A stretch of 64,000 nucleotides of DNA from Chloroflexota bacterium (lineage in GTDB: Bacteria > Chloroflexota > UBA11872 > VXOZ01). This document shows positions 9,902-19,743 of this stretch, piece after piece. The notes beneath the pieces were generated by a model. The model searched no databases, was not told the DNA's origin, and saw only the letters and a list, made by a program, of their open reading frames with translations. Every line of letters begins with the position of its first letter. The first letter of the stretch is position 1. The stretch is from NCBI GenBank assembly GCA_964291655.2, contig OZ219802.1:1472001-1536000 (forward strand). Reading direction: 5' to 3'. Made by a program: the position numbers and the translations under genes.

Positions 9902-10948
9902 ATGACAGACAATGGCAAGCTTGGGGTCGGTGTGGTCGGCATCGGCTGGGTCTCGCACCAGCACATCGATACCCTGGTCAAGAACCCGCATACCGAGGTG
10001 GTCGGGCTCTGCAGCGGCAGCCTGGAAAACGCCCAGAACGCCAAGGAAGAGCACGGGCTCAGCAACGCCCACTGCTACAACGACTACGAGCAGATGCTGA
10101 AGCAGGACAACCTGGACGTCATCTTCATCTGCTCCACCAATGAGAAGCACGTGGACCAAGCGATAGCGGGCGCGGAAGCCGGCAATCACCTGCTCATCGA
10201 GAAGCCTGCCGCGCTGAGTTGGGAAGGCCTGAAATCCATCGCGGCAGCCGTGGACAAGGCCGGCGTGGTGGCGTGCGAGGGCTTTGAGCTGCACTGGAGC
10301 CCCTACTTCCTGATCGTGCACAAGCTCATCAAGGCCAACGCCTTCGGCAACATCTTCTACGGCGAGTGCGACTACTTTAGCGCCAACTGGCCGCAGTGGT
10401 ACGTCGGCTACAACTGGGTGAAGACCCGCGAGAAGGGCGGTTCCGCGCTGGCGGCCGCGGGCTGCCACGCCGTGGACGCGCTGCTCCAGTTCATGCCCGG
10501 CGAGGTCGACCACGTGGTGGGCCATTGGGGCAACTTCACCAAGACCTTCGATTGGGAAGGCACTGTGCTCAGCGTGATCAAATACAAGGACGGCCGCATC
10601 GGCAAGGTGGGCTGCATCTTGGAGGGCAATAACCCTTATTCGTTCAACGTGCGCCTGCACGGCGACCGCGGCACGTTGGTGGGTAATAAGTTCCATTCGG
10701 AGACCCTTATCGGCGAGCGCATGACCGAGCAGACCGATTGGGCGACCTTCGAGACGATCATGCCGGATACGCCGGAGGTCTCGCACCACCCCTTCCAGCC
10801 GCAGACGGACCACTTCATCGACTGCATCCTGAACAACAAGAAGCCGGAAGTGGATATCAACGACGCGCTGAAGATCGACGAGGTAATCTTCGCGGCGGAG
10901 CGGTCGGCCAGCCTGGGCGGCGAACCCGTCAAGCTGCCGTTGGAATAA
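9902..10948 (+). CDS. Gfo/Idh/MocA family oxidoreductase
   Basis: GVVGIGWVS; HLLIEKPAA; GCHAVD; RBS GGAGG. Confidence 0.9.
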   Translation: MTDNGKLGVGVVGIGWVSHQHIDTLVKNPHTEVVGLCSGSLENAQNAKEEHGLSNAHCYNDYEQMLKQDNLDVIFICSTNEKHVDQAIAGAEAGNHLLIEKPAALSWEGLKSIAAAVDKAGVVACEGFELHWSPYFLIVHKLIKANAFGNIFYGECDYFSANWPQWYVGYNWVKTREKGGSALAAAGCHAVDALLQFMPGEVDHVVGHWGNFTKTFDWEGTVLSVIKYKDGRIGKVGCILEGNNPYSFNVRLHGDRGTLVGNKFHSETLIGERMTEQTDWATFETIMPDTPEVSHHPFQPQTDHFIDCILNNKKPEVDINDALKIDEVIFAAERSASLGGEPVKLPLE

Positions 10949-11076
10949 CTTTAGTGCGTTAGCTCGCGGCTGGAGACCAAGCTAGCGGTCAAGCGGGTTA
11001 AGCAGGGCTGAAGCGAAATCCAGGGCTTATCCAATAGCGCTGCTTTGGCTTCAGTGCGAACATGAGTAAAGCGGTG

Positions 11077-11127
11077 AAACGCGTCGGGGAGCTTGAAGTT
11101 CGTTTGAGTTCCCCGGCGTGTTTGCTT
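11077..11127 (+). terminator. Long hairpin, probable terminator
   Basis: AAACGCGTCGGGGAGCTT...GAGTTCCCCGGCGTGTTT. Confidence 0.5.
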
Positions 11128-11191
11128 GCTCAGTCGGCAGAAGTCTAATACGGAGCGGTAGAGGCGAACCCACTCAGCGATGGTGTCGTAT

Positions 11192-11250
11192 TCCCTCTCC
11201 TCGGGGAGAAGGTTAGAGCCTGCCCCATACTCGATACGGGGGTGAGGGGA
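11192..11250. repeat. CCCTCTCC/GGAGAGGG-type REP with 24-nt insert; empty-site homolog of the MITE target at 35525-35880
   Basis: GAGCCTGCCCCATACTCGATACGGGGGTGAGGGG is uninterrupted here. Confidence 0.85.
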
Positions 11251-11535
11251 TTCTTAGCAAATCAGGTACCTCCTCTTGAGATAGGCCACACGGCAATCGG
11301 ACCGGGCTTCATTGGGTCACTCTCTCTTTACCACAGATATGTGCGCAATACCTTCCCTGCTTGCCTGTGTCTGACCGGTAACTGGGGGCCTGAATCTGGG
11401 CAGTTCTCCGCACACCACCCTCCCTCTGGATTCCGGCTTGCGCCGGAATGACGGATAATGAAAGAGGGTCCATACGAGCAGTTTGTGCAGCCACTGTTGT
11501 AGAGACCACGCCATGCACCAGATTTACAATCAGCC

Positions 11536-12114
11536 ATGAATTTCTTTGCTTCACGTCGGGAACGCCGCATGTGGCTGTGGGTGCTTGTCGTCATGGCGGC
11601 GATTTACGCCACGCTGGGGCTCGCACAAACGCTGGCGCAGGCATTGGAAGAGCGGGGCCTGCTGGATATCTCCATCGGACTCTTCCTCCTCTGCATGTTC
11701 CTGGTGGGAGTGACCATCCTCACGCAGGGTCTGCGCGTGAGGCCGGGCGGAGCGGAAGTCGCCGTAGTCATCGGCGTCGTTACCGCGTATCTGCTCGTGC
11801 TCACCCGCATGACGGTGCCGACCGAGCGCTCGCACCTCATCGAGTACGGCGTCGTCGGCGTGCTTGTCTATGAGGCCCTCACCGAGCGCAGCAGCCAAGG
11901 CCGCCGCGTGCCGCTGCCCCCCGTGCTCGCTATCCTGATTACGGCAGCCCTGGGCGTGCTTGACGAGGGCATCCAATGGCTGCTGCCCAACCGGGTGTTC
12001 GATCCGGTTGACATCCTATTCAACCTGCTCGCCGGTACCATGGCCGTAGCCGCCAGCGCGGCGTTGTCGTGGGCGCGGCGTTGGACGCGCTTGCAGAGGT
12101 TGGGGCTGAAGTGA
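11536..12114 (+). CDS. VanZ-like family membrane protein
   Basis: Several transmembrane segments; ERSHLIEYG, DEGIQWLLPNR and DILFN motifs. Confidence 0.8.
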   Translation: MNFFASRRERRMWLWVLVVMAAIYATLGLAQTLAQALEERGLLDISIGLFLLCMFLVGVTILTQGLRVRPGGAEVAVVIGVVTAYLLVLTRMTVPTERSHLIEYGVVGVLVYEALTERSSQGRRVPLPPVLAILITAALGVLDEGIQWLLPNRVFDPVDILFNLLAGTMAVAASAALSWARRWTRLQRLGLK

Positions 12115-12262
12115 GCTAGCCCAGGTGGTGGACAGCGCCAGGCGTTATACTAAACTACTTGCGCCGCATGGGGTACAATTCCCCCTGGAGACATCCTGGA
12201 ATCTCAGCTATCGGCGATTGACATTTCGTATCCCACATTTTTTGCCACACCGCCGATGCGCT

Positions 12263-12318
12263 CTCACCCCCGTATCGAGAACGGGGCAGGCTCTAACCCT
12301 CTCCCCCAGGAAAGGGGA
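12263..12318. repeat. Inverted copy of the REP at 11192-11250
   Basis: CTCACCCCCGTATCGAGAACGGGGCAGGCTCTAACCCTCTCCCCCAGGAAAGGGG. Confidence 0.85.
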
Positions 12319-12413
12319 AAATCTCGGAGCATAGGTACGTGGCAGATTAATCTGGCCACCGTACAAACCGGGAACACACTAACGTCGATCAGGTACAAGC
12401 GGGAGAACATCAC

Positions 12414-14012
12414 ATGAGCACCGACACCGGACTCTTGGCACATTGGAAATTCAACGGCGATTGCCGGGACTCCTCCGGCAACGACAACCACGGCATAAAC
12501 CGGGGCGCGGATCTCGCCGCCGTGGGGCGTGACGGCAGTGCCTACGGCGCCGCACGCTTCGACGGCCGTGCCGCGCATGTGGAAGTTCCTGCCGGCGATG
12601 TGCCGGCCCTCGCTGAGGGTGACTTCACGCTCGCCGCCTGGGTGGAACTCCCGCCCGACGGCGCCAACCTGCATGGCGACATCCTCAGCAAGTACGATCC
12701 CGCCACCCGCTGCGGCCTGAACTTCGGTACCTTGAACTTCGCCGGAGTCACCGCCGCCCAGGCCCACCACCGCAACCTGCACATCGGCATCGACGACGGC
12801 GCACACGAGCCTTCGTGGACCGATTGCGGCCGCCCGGGCAACAACCTGCGCGTTTACTCCCTGGCCGTTTATAACGGCGACCTCTACACCGGTACGTTTG
12901 AGTGGGGCGCGGACGAGGCCGGGCACGTCTACCGCTACGCGGGCGGGCAGACGTGGGATGACTGCGGCAGCCCCGATCAGAGCAATACCGTGGCATCGCT
13001 GGCGGTGTTCAGGGGCGAGCTCTATTGCGGTACGTCCTGCTACCGGGCTGGCGGCTCCGCACTGGAAGATTCGCCGAACAAGCACCCGGGCGGCGCCATT
13101 TACCGCTACACCGGAGAGGCAAGCTGGGAGCACTGCGGGCGCTTGGAGGGAGCAGAATCCATCGCCGGTATGGCCGTGTATAACGGCGAGCTCTACGCTA
13201 TTCCGCTGTACAGCCAAGGCGTCTTTCGCTATTTGGGGGGACAAGACTGGGAGTATTGCGGCACGCCGGGACGCCGCATGATGGCGATCACCGTCTTCAA
13301 GGGACACCTCTACGGCGCGGGTAACGAGGGCGGCGGCGTCTTTCGCTACGACGGCGGTACCACATGGACACCTTGCGGCTTCCAGGAGGGCGTCACGCAG
13401 GTGTATTCCTTTGCCGCCTATCAGGGCAAACTCTACGTCGGCACGTGGCCCAACGGCACCGTCTTCCGCTGGGACGGTCAAGAAACGTGGGAGGACGTAG
13501 GCCGCCTGGAAGACGAGAAGGAAGTAATGGCCATGGCGGTCTACAACGGCAAGCTCTACGCGGGCACGCTGCCCTTGGCGAACGTCTACCGCTACGAGGG
13601 CGGGACCACGTGGATGAACACCGGACAACTGGATACCACGCCGGATGTTAAGTACCGGCGGGTGTGGTCGATGGCAATCTTTCAGGGAAAACTCTTCGGC
13701 GGTACGCTGCCCTCGGGACGGGTCTACTCAATGGAGGCCGGGGCCAACGTAACGTACGACCATGCTCTTGGCGCCGGCTGGCGCTATCTCGCAGCCGTCC
13801 GGGAGAACAATCAGCTGCGGCTCTACGTGGACGGCGTGGCGGTGTCTACTTCCGACACCACGGCGCACGTTCCCGCCTCCATAGCGAACGACCAACCGTT
13901 GCGTATCGGCTTCGGTCAGCACGACCACTTCAACGGCAGCCTGGCAGACGTACGCGTGTACGGGCGTGCCTTGAGCGCTGCGGAGATAGCCGCGCTCCAG
14001 GAAACCACGTAG
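12414..14012 (+). CDS. LamG/ConA-like jellyroll domain interrupted by beta-propeller-like repeats
   Basis: N-half WKFNG..DSSGN..FTLAAWV and C-half LRLYVDG..LRIG..FNGSLADVRVYGRALS flank about 6-7 repeats of S(L/M)AVYNG.LY.GT...VYRY.GG.TW..CG. Confidence 0.75.
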   Translation: MSTDTGLLAHWKFNGDCRDSSGNDNHGINRGADLAAVGRDGSAYGAARFDGRAAHVEVPAGDVPALAEGDFTLAAWVELPPDGANLHGDILSKYDPATRCGLNFGTLNFAGVTAAQAHHRNLHIGIDDGAHEPSWTDCGRPGNNLRVYSLAVYNGDLYTGTFEWGADEAGHVYRYAGGQTWDDCGSPDQSNTVASLAVFRGELYCGTSCYRAGGSALEDSPNKHPGGAIYRYTGEASWEHCGRLEGAESIAGMAVYNGELYAIPLYSQGVFRYLGGQDWEYCGTPGRRMMAITVFKGHLYGAGNEGGGVFRYDGGTTWTPCGFQEGVTQVYSFAAYQGKLYVGTWPNGTVFRWDGQETWEDVGRLEDEKEVMAMAVYNGKLYAGTLPLANVYRYEGGTTWMNTGQLDTTPDVKYRRVWSMAIFQGKLFGGTLPSGRVYSMEAGANVTYDHALGAGWRYLAAVRENNQLRLYVDGVAVSTSDTTAHVPASIANDQPLRIGFGQHDHFNGSLADVRVYGRALSAAEIAALQETT

Positions 14013-14157
14013 CCGCCCGCTCAGATTCCGTTCCATCGAGGCGCCGCCGGGCCGCAGGGCGATGTAGTCGCGACGCAGTTCAGTCCGGTCCGGTTCCGTA
14101 CCAGGCTGTAGCAGCTTGGGCCGCGCGGGCAAACCACGCTTTGCCGGCGGTCATATC

Positions 14158-14496
14158 TCAGACGGAGTCTTCTTCCTCTTCCCCCACATCTGAGAAGTTG
14201 GCGATGGCCACCTCGCCTTCGGGAAACTCGGCGATGATCTTCAGCTTTCCACCCACGGCCTCGATGTAGGAACGGAGGCTGGACACGTACACATCGGCTC
14301 GTTGCTCCAATTTGGAGACGGCGGGCTGATTCACCTTTAGCGTTTCGGCTAATTCCCGCTGGGTCAGTGCACGCGCCCGGCGCAACTCACGCAATGGCAT
14401 TTCCGCGAGCAACTCCCGCTTAATCTCGTCGATGCGCCGACGACGCTCCGGTGTGAAGTCCCCGGTCAGTTCCTTGAACGGACGGCGTCCACTCAT
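14158..14496 (-). CDS. XRE-family HTH antitoxin (HigA-like)
   Basis: LRELRRARALTQRELA..QPAVSKLE..SSLRSYIEAVGGKL; start overlaps the toxin stop codon. Confidence 0.9.
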   Translation of the reverse strand: MSGRRPFKELTGDFTPERRRRIDEIKRELLAEMPLRELRRARALTQRELAETLKVNQPAVSKLEQRADVYVSSLRSYIEAVGGKLKIIAEFPEGEVAIANFSDVGEEEEDSV

Positions 14497-14855
14497 TCGA
14501 TCAACCCCTCCCTTCGCAGTTCTTCCAGATACTCGTCGTAGAGGTCGTCAGCCACGGGCACGTATTCCTCGTAGAACCGGTCGTTGCCCGTCTTGTCCCC
14601 GCCAATGAGCAGGGTGGACGTTCGTCTCGGGTCGAAGGCGTAGAAGACCCGGATGGGCCTTCCGCCGCTCTGCACGCGAAGCTCTCGCATGACTCCGTGG
14701 CGCGAACCTCTGATGTCCGAGGAGAAGGGGTACGGCAGACTGGGGCCATGCTCCACCAGCAACTCTACTCTGGCGGCTACCTCGTCTTGCTGGCCCTCTG
14801 AGAGACCTTGCCACCACTGCCCGAACTCGTCCGTTTACTCGACATCCCAACGCAT
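14493..14855 (-). pseudogene. RelE/HigB-like (Gp49-type) toxin with in-frame nonsense codon
   Basis: Reads MRWDVE*TDEFGQWW...GPSLPYP..GSRHGVMRELRVQ..RVFYAFDPRR; TAA at 14835-14837. Confidence 0.85.
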
Positions 14856-14861
14856 GGATGC

Positions 14862-14891
14862 ATTATATTCCAAATAAGGAATATACTGCAA
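14862..14891 (-). promoter_or_regulatory. Toxin-antitoxin promoter with operator dyad; probably leaderless transcript
   Basis: Minus strand TTGCAG-N18-TATAAT, with the ATG 6 nt after the -10; perfect inverted repeat TATATTCC-N6-GGAATATA at 14864-14885. Confidence 0.7.
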
Positions 14892-15260
14892 GACACGCTC
14901 GGACTCTCCCACGGGAAATCGCATTCTCGGAGAGATGACACTATATTGACCGCAGTTCAGTCCGCTCCCGGCTCTGTAAGAGGCTGCAACAGCTTTGACC
15001 ACGTAAGATACCCACGCATTGCCGGCGGTCATTTCTCAGATGGATTGGGCATGGAATCGCCTTACTCAGAGCCGCACATGCACTTGACTTCACAAGTTTG
15101 CGCACGCTACAATTCTTTCAAGCTGTCTAGGAATTGCGGTCTTTGCTGTAGTTTCCTGGAAGGGATGGCAGCGGGGGACCAACCACTGGTGTCCCGTCAT
15201 CTCGCTTAGCCGTCGTATGAGTTCAGAATAACGCCTACCAGGCAGGAGGTATCGGTTCTG

Positions 15261-16658
15261 ATGAAGAGTCGTACTACATTCCACATGACACGGCGTCGCA
15301 TGCTCGCGGGCACGGGGGCCGCGGCAGGTGCGGTGCTCTTTGCCGCGTGCGCGCAGGGCGGCATGGCGCCCGCAACCGGGGAAGCGCCTGAATCCGAGGA
15401 CATGAAGTCAGAAGAAATGCCGATGGAAGAGCAGTTGCCCGTGAACTTCTGGGCCATCGACATGGGCGGCAGTAACTGGGTGCAGGGCATCGGCGAGGAG
15501 ATTGTTGCCGAGTTCCACGAGGCCAATCCCAACGAGCAGGTCAACGTCATCGCCACGACGTATGGCGACACCATCAACAAGCTGCCGACGGTGGTCGCCG
15601 GCGGCATCTCGCCCGACATCTCGTATATCGACGCTTACTTGCCGAAAGACTTCGGCGTGCGCGGCATTGCCGCCGACATTACGAATTATGTCAAGGCATC
15701 GACCGTCATCGACCCGGAAGACTATTACCCCCGCGTCGTTTTCGACTCGACCTACCGCGGCCACTGGTTCGGGCTGCCCTGGGCGCCCACGGTCTTTACC
15801 TACTTTTACAACAAAGGCGTCTTCGTGGAAGTGGGTCTGGATCCGGACAGCGGGCCGGCGAATTGGGACGAGCTGGACTCGGCCATCCAGCAAACGCTCA
15901 AGAAAGAAGGCGACAACATCGAGCGTCTCGGCTTCTGGTACGGCAATAGCTCCCTGGTCTGGTGGCTGGTACCGTTCTGGCAGCAGGGCGGCCGGCTGCT
16001 CAGCGACGATGAGCTGACGTCCACCATCGACAACGAGACGATGGAGACCGCGTTCAACTTGACGCTGCGCTTCTTCGACCTGCAAGGCGGACTGGACGCC
16101 ATGAACGCCTTCAGGGGCGACGAGCGGCATCAACACCTCTTCTCCACCGGCCGCTGCGCCATGTGGACCGACGTGATGAACATCACGCGGTTCGAGCAGT
16201 ATGAGGAGGCCTTTGCCACGATCGACGTGGGCGTGGACACGTATCCGGTGGCGGATGGCGGCTCGCCCGCAGCCTATCGCGGCGGCGGCGCGCACCTGAT
16301 GCCCGAAGGATCCAACAACCCGGACGGGGCGTTCAAGTTCCTCGAGTGGCTCTTCCTGGAGCCGAACGACCGCCGCTTCAACGACGTGCGCGACAGTTTG
16401 CCGGCCCGCCGCTCGGTGGCCCAAAGCCCCGAATTCACCCAGGGCGACCCGCTGCGCATCCAGGGCGCCCGCGAGATGGACGGCGCCCAGTGGGTGGTCA
16501 GCGCCCCCGGCGGACGCGCCATCATCGGCATTCACGTGCGCATGGCGAGCTCCATCTGGAACCGCGAAAAGACGGTGCCGGAAGCGCTTGCCGACGGCAA
16601 CGCGCAGGTGCAGCAGGCGCTGGACGAAGCGCTGGAGAATTCGGTCATCGATTTCTAG
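15261..16658 (+). CDS. ABC transporter solute-binding lipoprotein, Tat-type signal; paralog of 8185-9579
   Basis: TRRRML, FAAC lipobox; shares TYRGH.FGLPW, IPYWQQGG/VPFWQQGG, AF.FLEWL and NSV(L/I)DF with the paralog. Confidence 0.9.
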   Translation: MKSRTTFHMTRRRMLAGTGAAAGAVLFAACAQGGMAPATGEAPESEDMKSEEMPMEEQLPVNFWAIDMGGSNWVQGIGEEIVAEFHEANPNEQVNVIATTYGDTINKLPTVVAGGISPDISYIDAYLPKDFGVRGIAADITNYVKASTVIDPEDYYPRVVFDSTYRGHWFGLPWAPTVFTYFYNKGVFVEVGLDPDSGPANWDELDSAIQQTLKKEGDNIERLGFWYGNSSLVWWLVPFWQQGGRLLSDDELTSTIDNETMETAFNLTLRFFDLQGGLDAMNAFRGDERHQHLFSTGRCAMWTDVMNITRFEQYEEAFATIDVGVDTYPVADGGSPAAYRGGGAHLMPEGSNNPDGAFKFLEWLFLEPNDRRFNDVRDSLPARRSVAQSPEFTQGDPLRIQGAREMDGAQWVVSAPGGRAIIGIHVRMASSIWNREKTVPEALADGNAQVQQALDEALENSVIDF

Positions 16659-16693
16659 CCGGATTGAGTCCGGCACACGAACATTGCGCTATT

Positions 16694-16728
16694 CGCACGC
16701 GTGGGACTTCCCACGCGTGCGTTTTCTT
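16694..16728 (+). terminator. Intrinsic terminator
   Basis: CGCACGCGTGGGA-CT-TCCCACGCGTGCG followed by TTTTCTT. Confidence 0.85.
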
Positions 16729-16935
16729 ATGGTAGACAGTCCTCCCTCTACGCTTGGCCCGCTCGCCCCAGCACCAGAAGCAAGCCCTTTCCTTGGCACA
16801 CCTTCCTCTTCATTCCACTGGCGGTTCGGCTTCGCATGTTTTTCGGACCTTAACATTTGCTAACTGGAAGTAATTCGCTATCCTTAGTATAGGAGATAAC
16901 GCGAATAGTCTCGGCAGAGGATACTACTACCCTTC

Positions 16936-18351
16936 ATGAGCACTGCTGCGCCTGCGCTTGCCCCGATCGAAACCCTGCGCGAAGAGGATGTTGCGCAACT
17001 TTGGCAGGCGTGTCCTTGGGGTGCCAAACTCCTGCGCACCACGGGTGGCGAAGAGATTCAGGTCGTGTATCCTGGGCGGCGCAACCTGGGCCCCGGGCCG
17101 GACTTTCTCGATGCCATTATCGCGCTCGATGGGCGTAGGCTGCGCCACGGCCACGTGGAGGTGCATACGGCCACGTCCGCTTGGCGCGCCCACGGCCATA
17201 CAGCCGATCCGGCCTACCACAACGTCATTCTCCACGTGGTGTGGGCAGACGACCGCCCGCTTGCGGGCGGTCCGCTGCGCACGCTGGCGTTAGCCCCACA
17301 CTACCCCGCCGGTTTGCCGGAAACGTACGCGGCGCACCGCCTTCCTGATTTCCAGCCCTGTGCAGATCTCCATACCAAGTCCGACGCCATGACCGTCGGC
17401 ATGCTCTTCGCCACGCTTGGCGAACGGCGCTTACGCAAGAAAGCGGCGCAATTGCTAGCTGCCATCGAAGTCCTTGGTGCAGAGCAGGCGCTCTATGCCG
17501 CCTTCCTCGATGCCCTCGGCTACAGCCAGAACCGCGAAGCCTTTCGCCAGCTCAGTGAGGGGTTGCCCTGGCCCGTGGTGGCAAGACTGCTGCGCGGCGA
17601 GTCCGACGCGGTGGCGCGCGGCGAAGCGCTCTTTCTCGGCGCTGCAGGCCTGTTGCCATCGCAGCGTGGCGGGAATCCGCGTAGGGACACGACATGTCGT
17701 GCCTCTACCGACCACGAGCGGATGTATGTGGAGGAGATGGAAGCGCGGTGGCGGCAGTTTCGCTTGGAGCCGGTGGCTGCGGCCTCAGCATGGCAGCGCC
17801 GCGGTGTGCGTCCCGTCAACGCGCCCGCCCGGCGCGTGGCGGCCGCGGGGATGCTCTGTGCCCGGTTTGCCCAGACCGGCCCGGTTCAGGCGTGTCTGGC
17901 ACTCCGTGACGCAGAGGACAGGCCGCAGCCCATGGGGCGCATGGTTGCCTTGTTTTCCCCGGATGCCTCTGCTTCACCTTATTGGGCCGCGCACTGCGAC
18001 GTTGGCGTGCCGCTGCGGGGCGAGCCCCAGCGCCTTGTCGGCACGGAGCGCGCCCGAGAAATCCTTACCAACGTAATGCTGCCGTTTCTCATTGCCTACG
18101 GCGAGCACACCGACGACTCCGCAATTTCAGACTGGGCCATCAACCTCTTTCGCCGCGCGCCGGCTGCCGGCATGAACCGCCTCATCCGCAGCATGCGGGA
18201 CGACGTATACGGTTTGCCTCCAAGATACGTGCCCATGACGGCTGCGCGACAGCAGGGACTGCTGCACATCTACCATACCTGGTGCCGGGAGAAACGCTGC
18301 GACGCGTGTGCGGTGGGTCAGATGCTCGGTGAGAACCCAAAGCAACCGTGA
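16936..18351 (+). CDS. DUF2851 family protein
   Basis: YPG..N...GPDF.DA, G.VEVH....W..HGH..DP.Y.NVILHVV, RP.N.P.RR and terminal C...C..C motifs. Confidence 0.85.
   Translation: MSTAAPALAPIETLREEDVAQLWQACPWGAKLLRTTGGEEIQVVYPGRRNLGPGPDFLDAIIALDGRRLRHGHVEVHTATSAWRAHGHTADPAYHNVILHVVWADDRPLAGGPLRTLALAPHYPAGLPETYAAHRLPDFQPCADLHTKSDAMTVGMLFATLGERRLRKKAAQLLAAIEVLGAEQALYAAFLDALGYSQNREAFRQLSEGLPWPVVARLLRGESDAVARGEALFLGAAGLLPSQRGGNPRRDTTCRASTDHERMYVEEMEARWRQFRLEPVAAASAWQRRGVRPVNAPARRVAAAGMLCARFAQTGPVQACLALRDAEDRPQPMGRMVALFSPDASASPYWAAHCDVGVPLRGEPQRLVGTERAREILTNVMLPFLIAYGEHTDDSAISDWAINLFRRAPAAGMNRLIRSMRDDVYGLPPRYVPMTAARQQGLLHIYHTWCREKRCDACAVGQMLGENPKQP
17681..17708. repeat. GTAG-type REP inside the DUF2851 coding sequence
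   Basis: GTAGGGACACGACATGTCGTGCCTCTAC resembles the intergenic REP at 61573-61600. Confidence 0.75.
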
Positions 18352-18537
18352 GGCGCATGTTTGATCCGGCATCTTCCCGCCCCCCTGCACGAGAAATACC
18401 CTGTCTTCTCATCCAGGCAGGAATGCCGCATGCCAGGAACTAGATTCCGGCTTGCGCCGGAATGACGGTCCTTGCATACCGTGTGTTGCTTCTCCGACGC
18501 GCTCGTCCCATTGGATGCAGCATGGCGCCGTCCCGGT

Positions 18538-19533
18538 CTATGCGTCCAGGTAAACGGTCTTGCCGCTTGCCGACGCCTCGTAAATTCCCTGCACGATGGC
18601 CACGGCCCGCTTGCCGTCCTCGCCGGTGACGCTTGGCGCGCGCGCTTCCAGGATGCTCGCCACGAACTCGCCGTCCTCCCGTATGAACTGGCTGCGGTCG
18701 CGGGGGAATGTCAGCGTCTCCCACTCCTCGTCATCCGCTCCCGCTACCCTAAGGTGCCGCCAGGTCGCAATCTCCATGGCGCCGTTTGAACCCGTCACCT
18801 CGGCGCGGCAGCGGCCCATCGTGGGCGTCGCAATCAACGAGATTTCCATGGTCGCCGTGGCGCCGTTCGCGAATTCGAGATGCGCCACTCCGTGGTCCTC
18901 GCCTTCGGTGCGCGCGCCGTAATGGCCCACGCGGGCGGTGATCGCCGTCACCTCCGACCCGATCCACCAGCGCAGCCGGTCGGCGCTGTGCACGCCGTTA
19001 TCCATGAAGACACCGCCGCCGGCCAGGGCGCGCACGCCGCGCCAGGCCAAGTCCTTATGGCGGGTCGCGCCGATGACGGAGTCGTGAATGTGGAGCACGT
19101 CCCCAATCGCCCCCGCGCGCAGCAGCTCCATGGCCCGCAGGTGCTCATGTATGAATCGGTGCGTATGGCCCACCATGAGGTTTACATCGGCTTCCCGGCA
19201 CGCCGCAATGATGGCATCGCACTCGGCAACGGTCACCCCCAGCGGCTTTTCGGAGAGCACGTGCTTGCCCGCCTGCGCCGCAGCGATTGCGGCTGGACCG
19301 TGCAACGCGTGGGGCAGGCAGATAATGACCGCATCTACCGCCGGATTGTCCAGCACGGCGCGGTAGTCGGTCTCCGCTTGCGGGACGTCATACGCAGCCG
19401 CGAATTCGCGTACAGCTTCTGCTCTGACATCCGCCGCCGCCACGATCCGCGCTTGGGGAACGGCGGCCAGCCCGCGCGCGTGGGACTGCGCAATGCCCCC
19501 GGTACCCGCAAAGCCGACGTTCACAACATCCAT
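18538..19533 (-). CDS. Gfo/Idh/MocA family oxidoreductase
   Basis: GFAGTGGIA; GKHVLSEKPLG; GGGVFMDNGVH. Confidence 0.9.
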   Translation of the reverse strand: MDVVNVGFAGTGGIAQSHARGLAAVPQARIVAAADVRAEAVREFAAAYDVPQAETDYRAVLDNPAVDAVIICLPHALHGPAAIAAAQAGKHVLSEKPLGVTVAECDAIIAACREADVNLMVGHTHRFIHEHLRAMELLRAGAIGDVLHIHDSVIGATRHKDLAWRGVRALAGGGVFMDNGVHSADRLRWWIGSEVTAITARVGHYGARTEGEDHGVAHLEFANGATATMEISLIATPTMGRCRAEVTGSNGAMEIATWRHLRVAGADDEEWETLTFPRDRSQFIREDGEFVASILEARAPSVTGEDGKRAVAIVQGIYEASASGKTVYLDA

Positions 19534-19743
19534 GTAGACAACTCCTTCATTCTTGGTCCGCAGCCCGCACCCGCACTAGTGCCGGGATGCGAACGATGCG
19601 GAATGTGTGCACGCAGGGCATGCTTATGTTGCCCGTCACTTGCTTCGTACGCTCTCGTCTCATTCTATACGTGCTCCCTGTACGTCTGCACTGCATGGTA
19701 TACTGAAGCCGTCTTACTGGCGTGATTTTCCTCGCGCCGCTCG

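Noticed and set aside
10950-11075. Possible structured ncRNA after the Gfo gene
   Set aside because: No recognisable family motif; cannot be supported without covariance analysis.
14835-14837. Recoded stop (selenocysteine or pyrrolysine) in the toxin
   Set aside because: The codon is TAA, which those systems do not recode.
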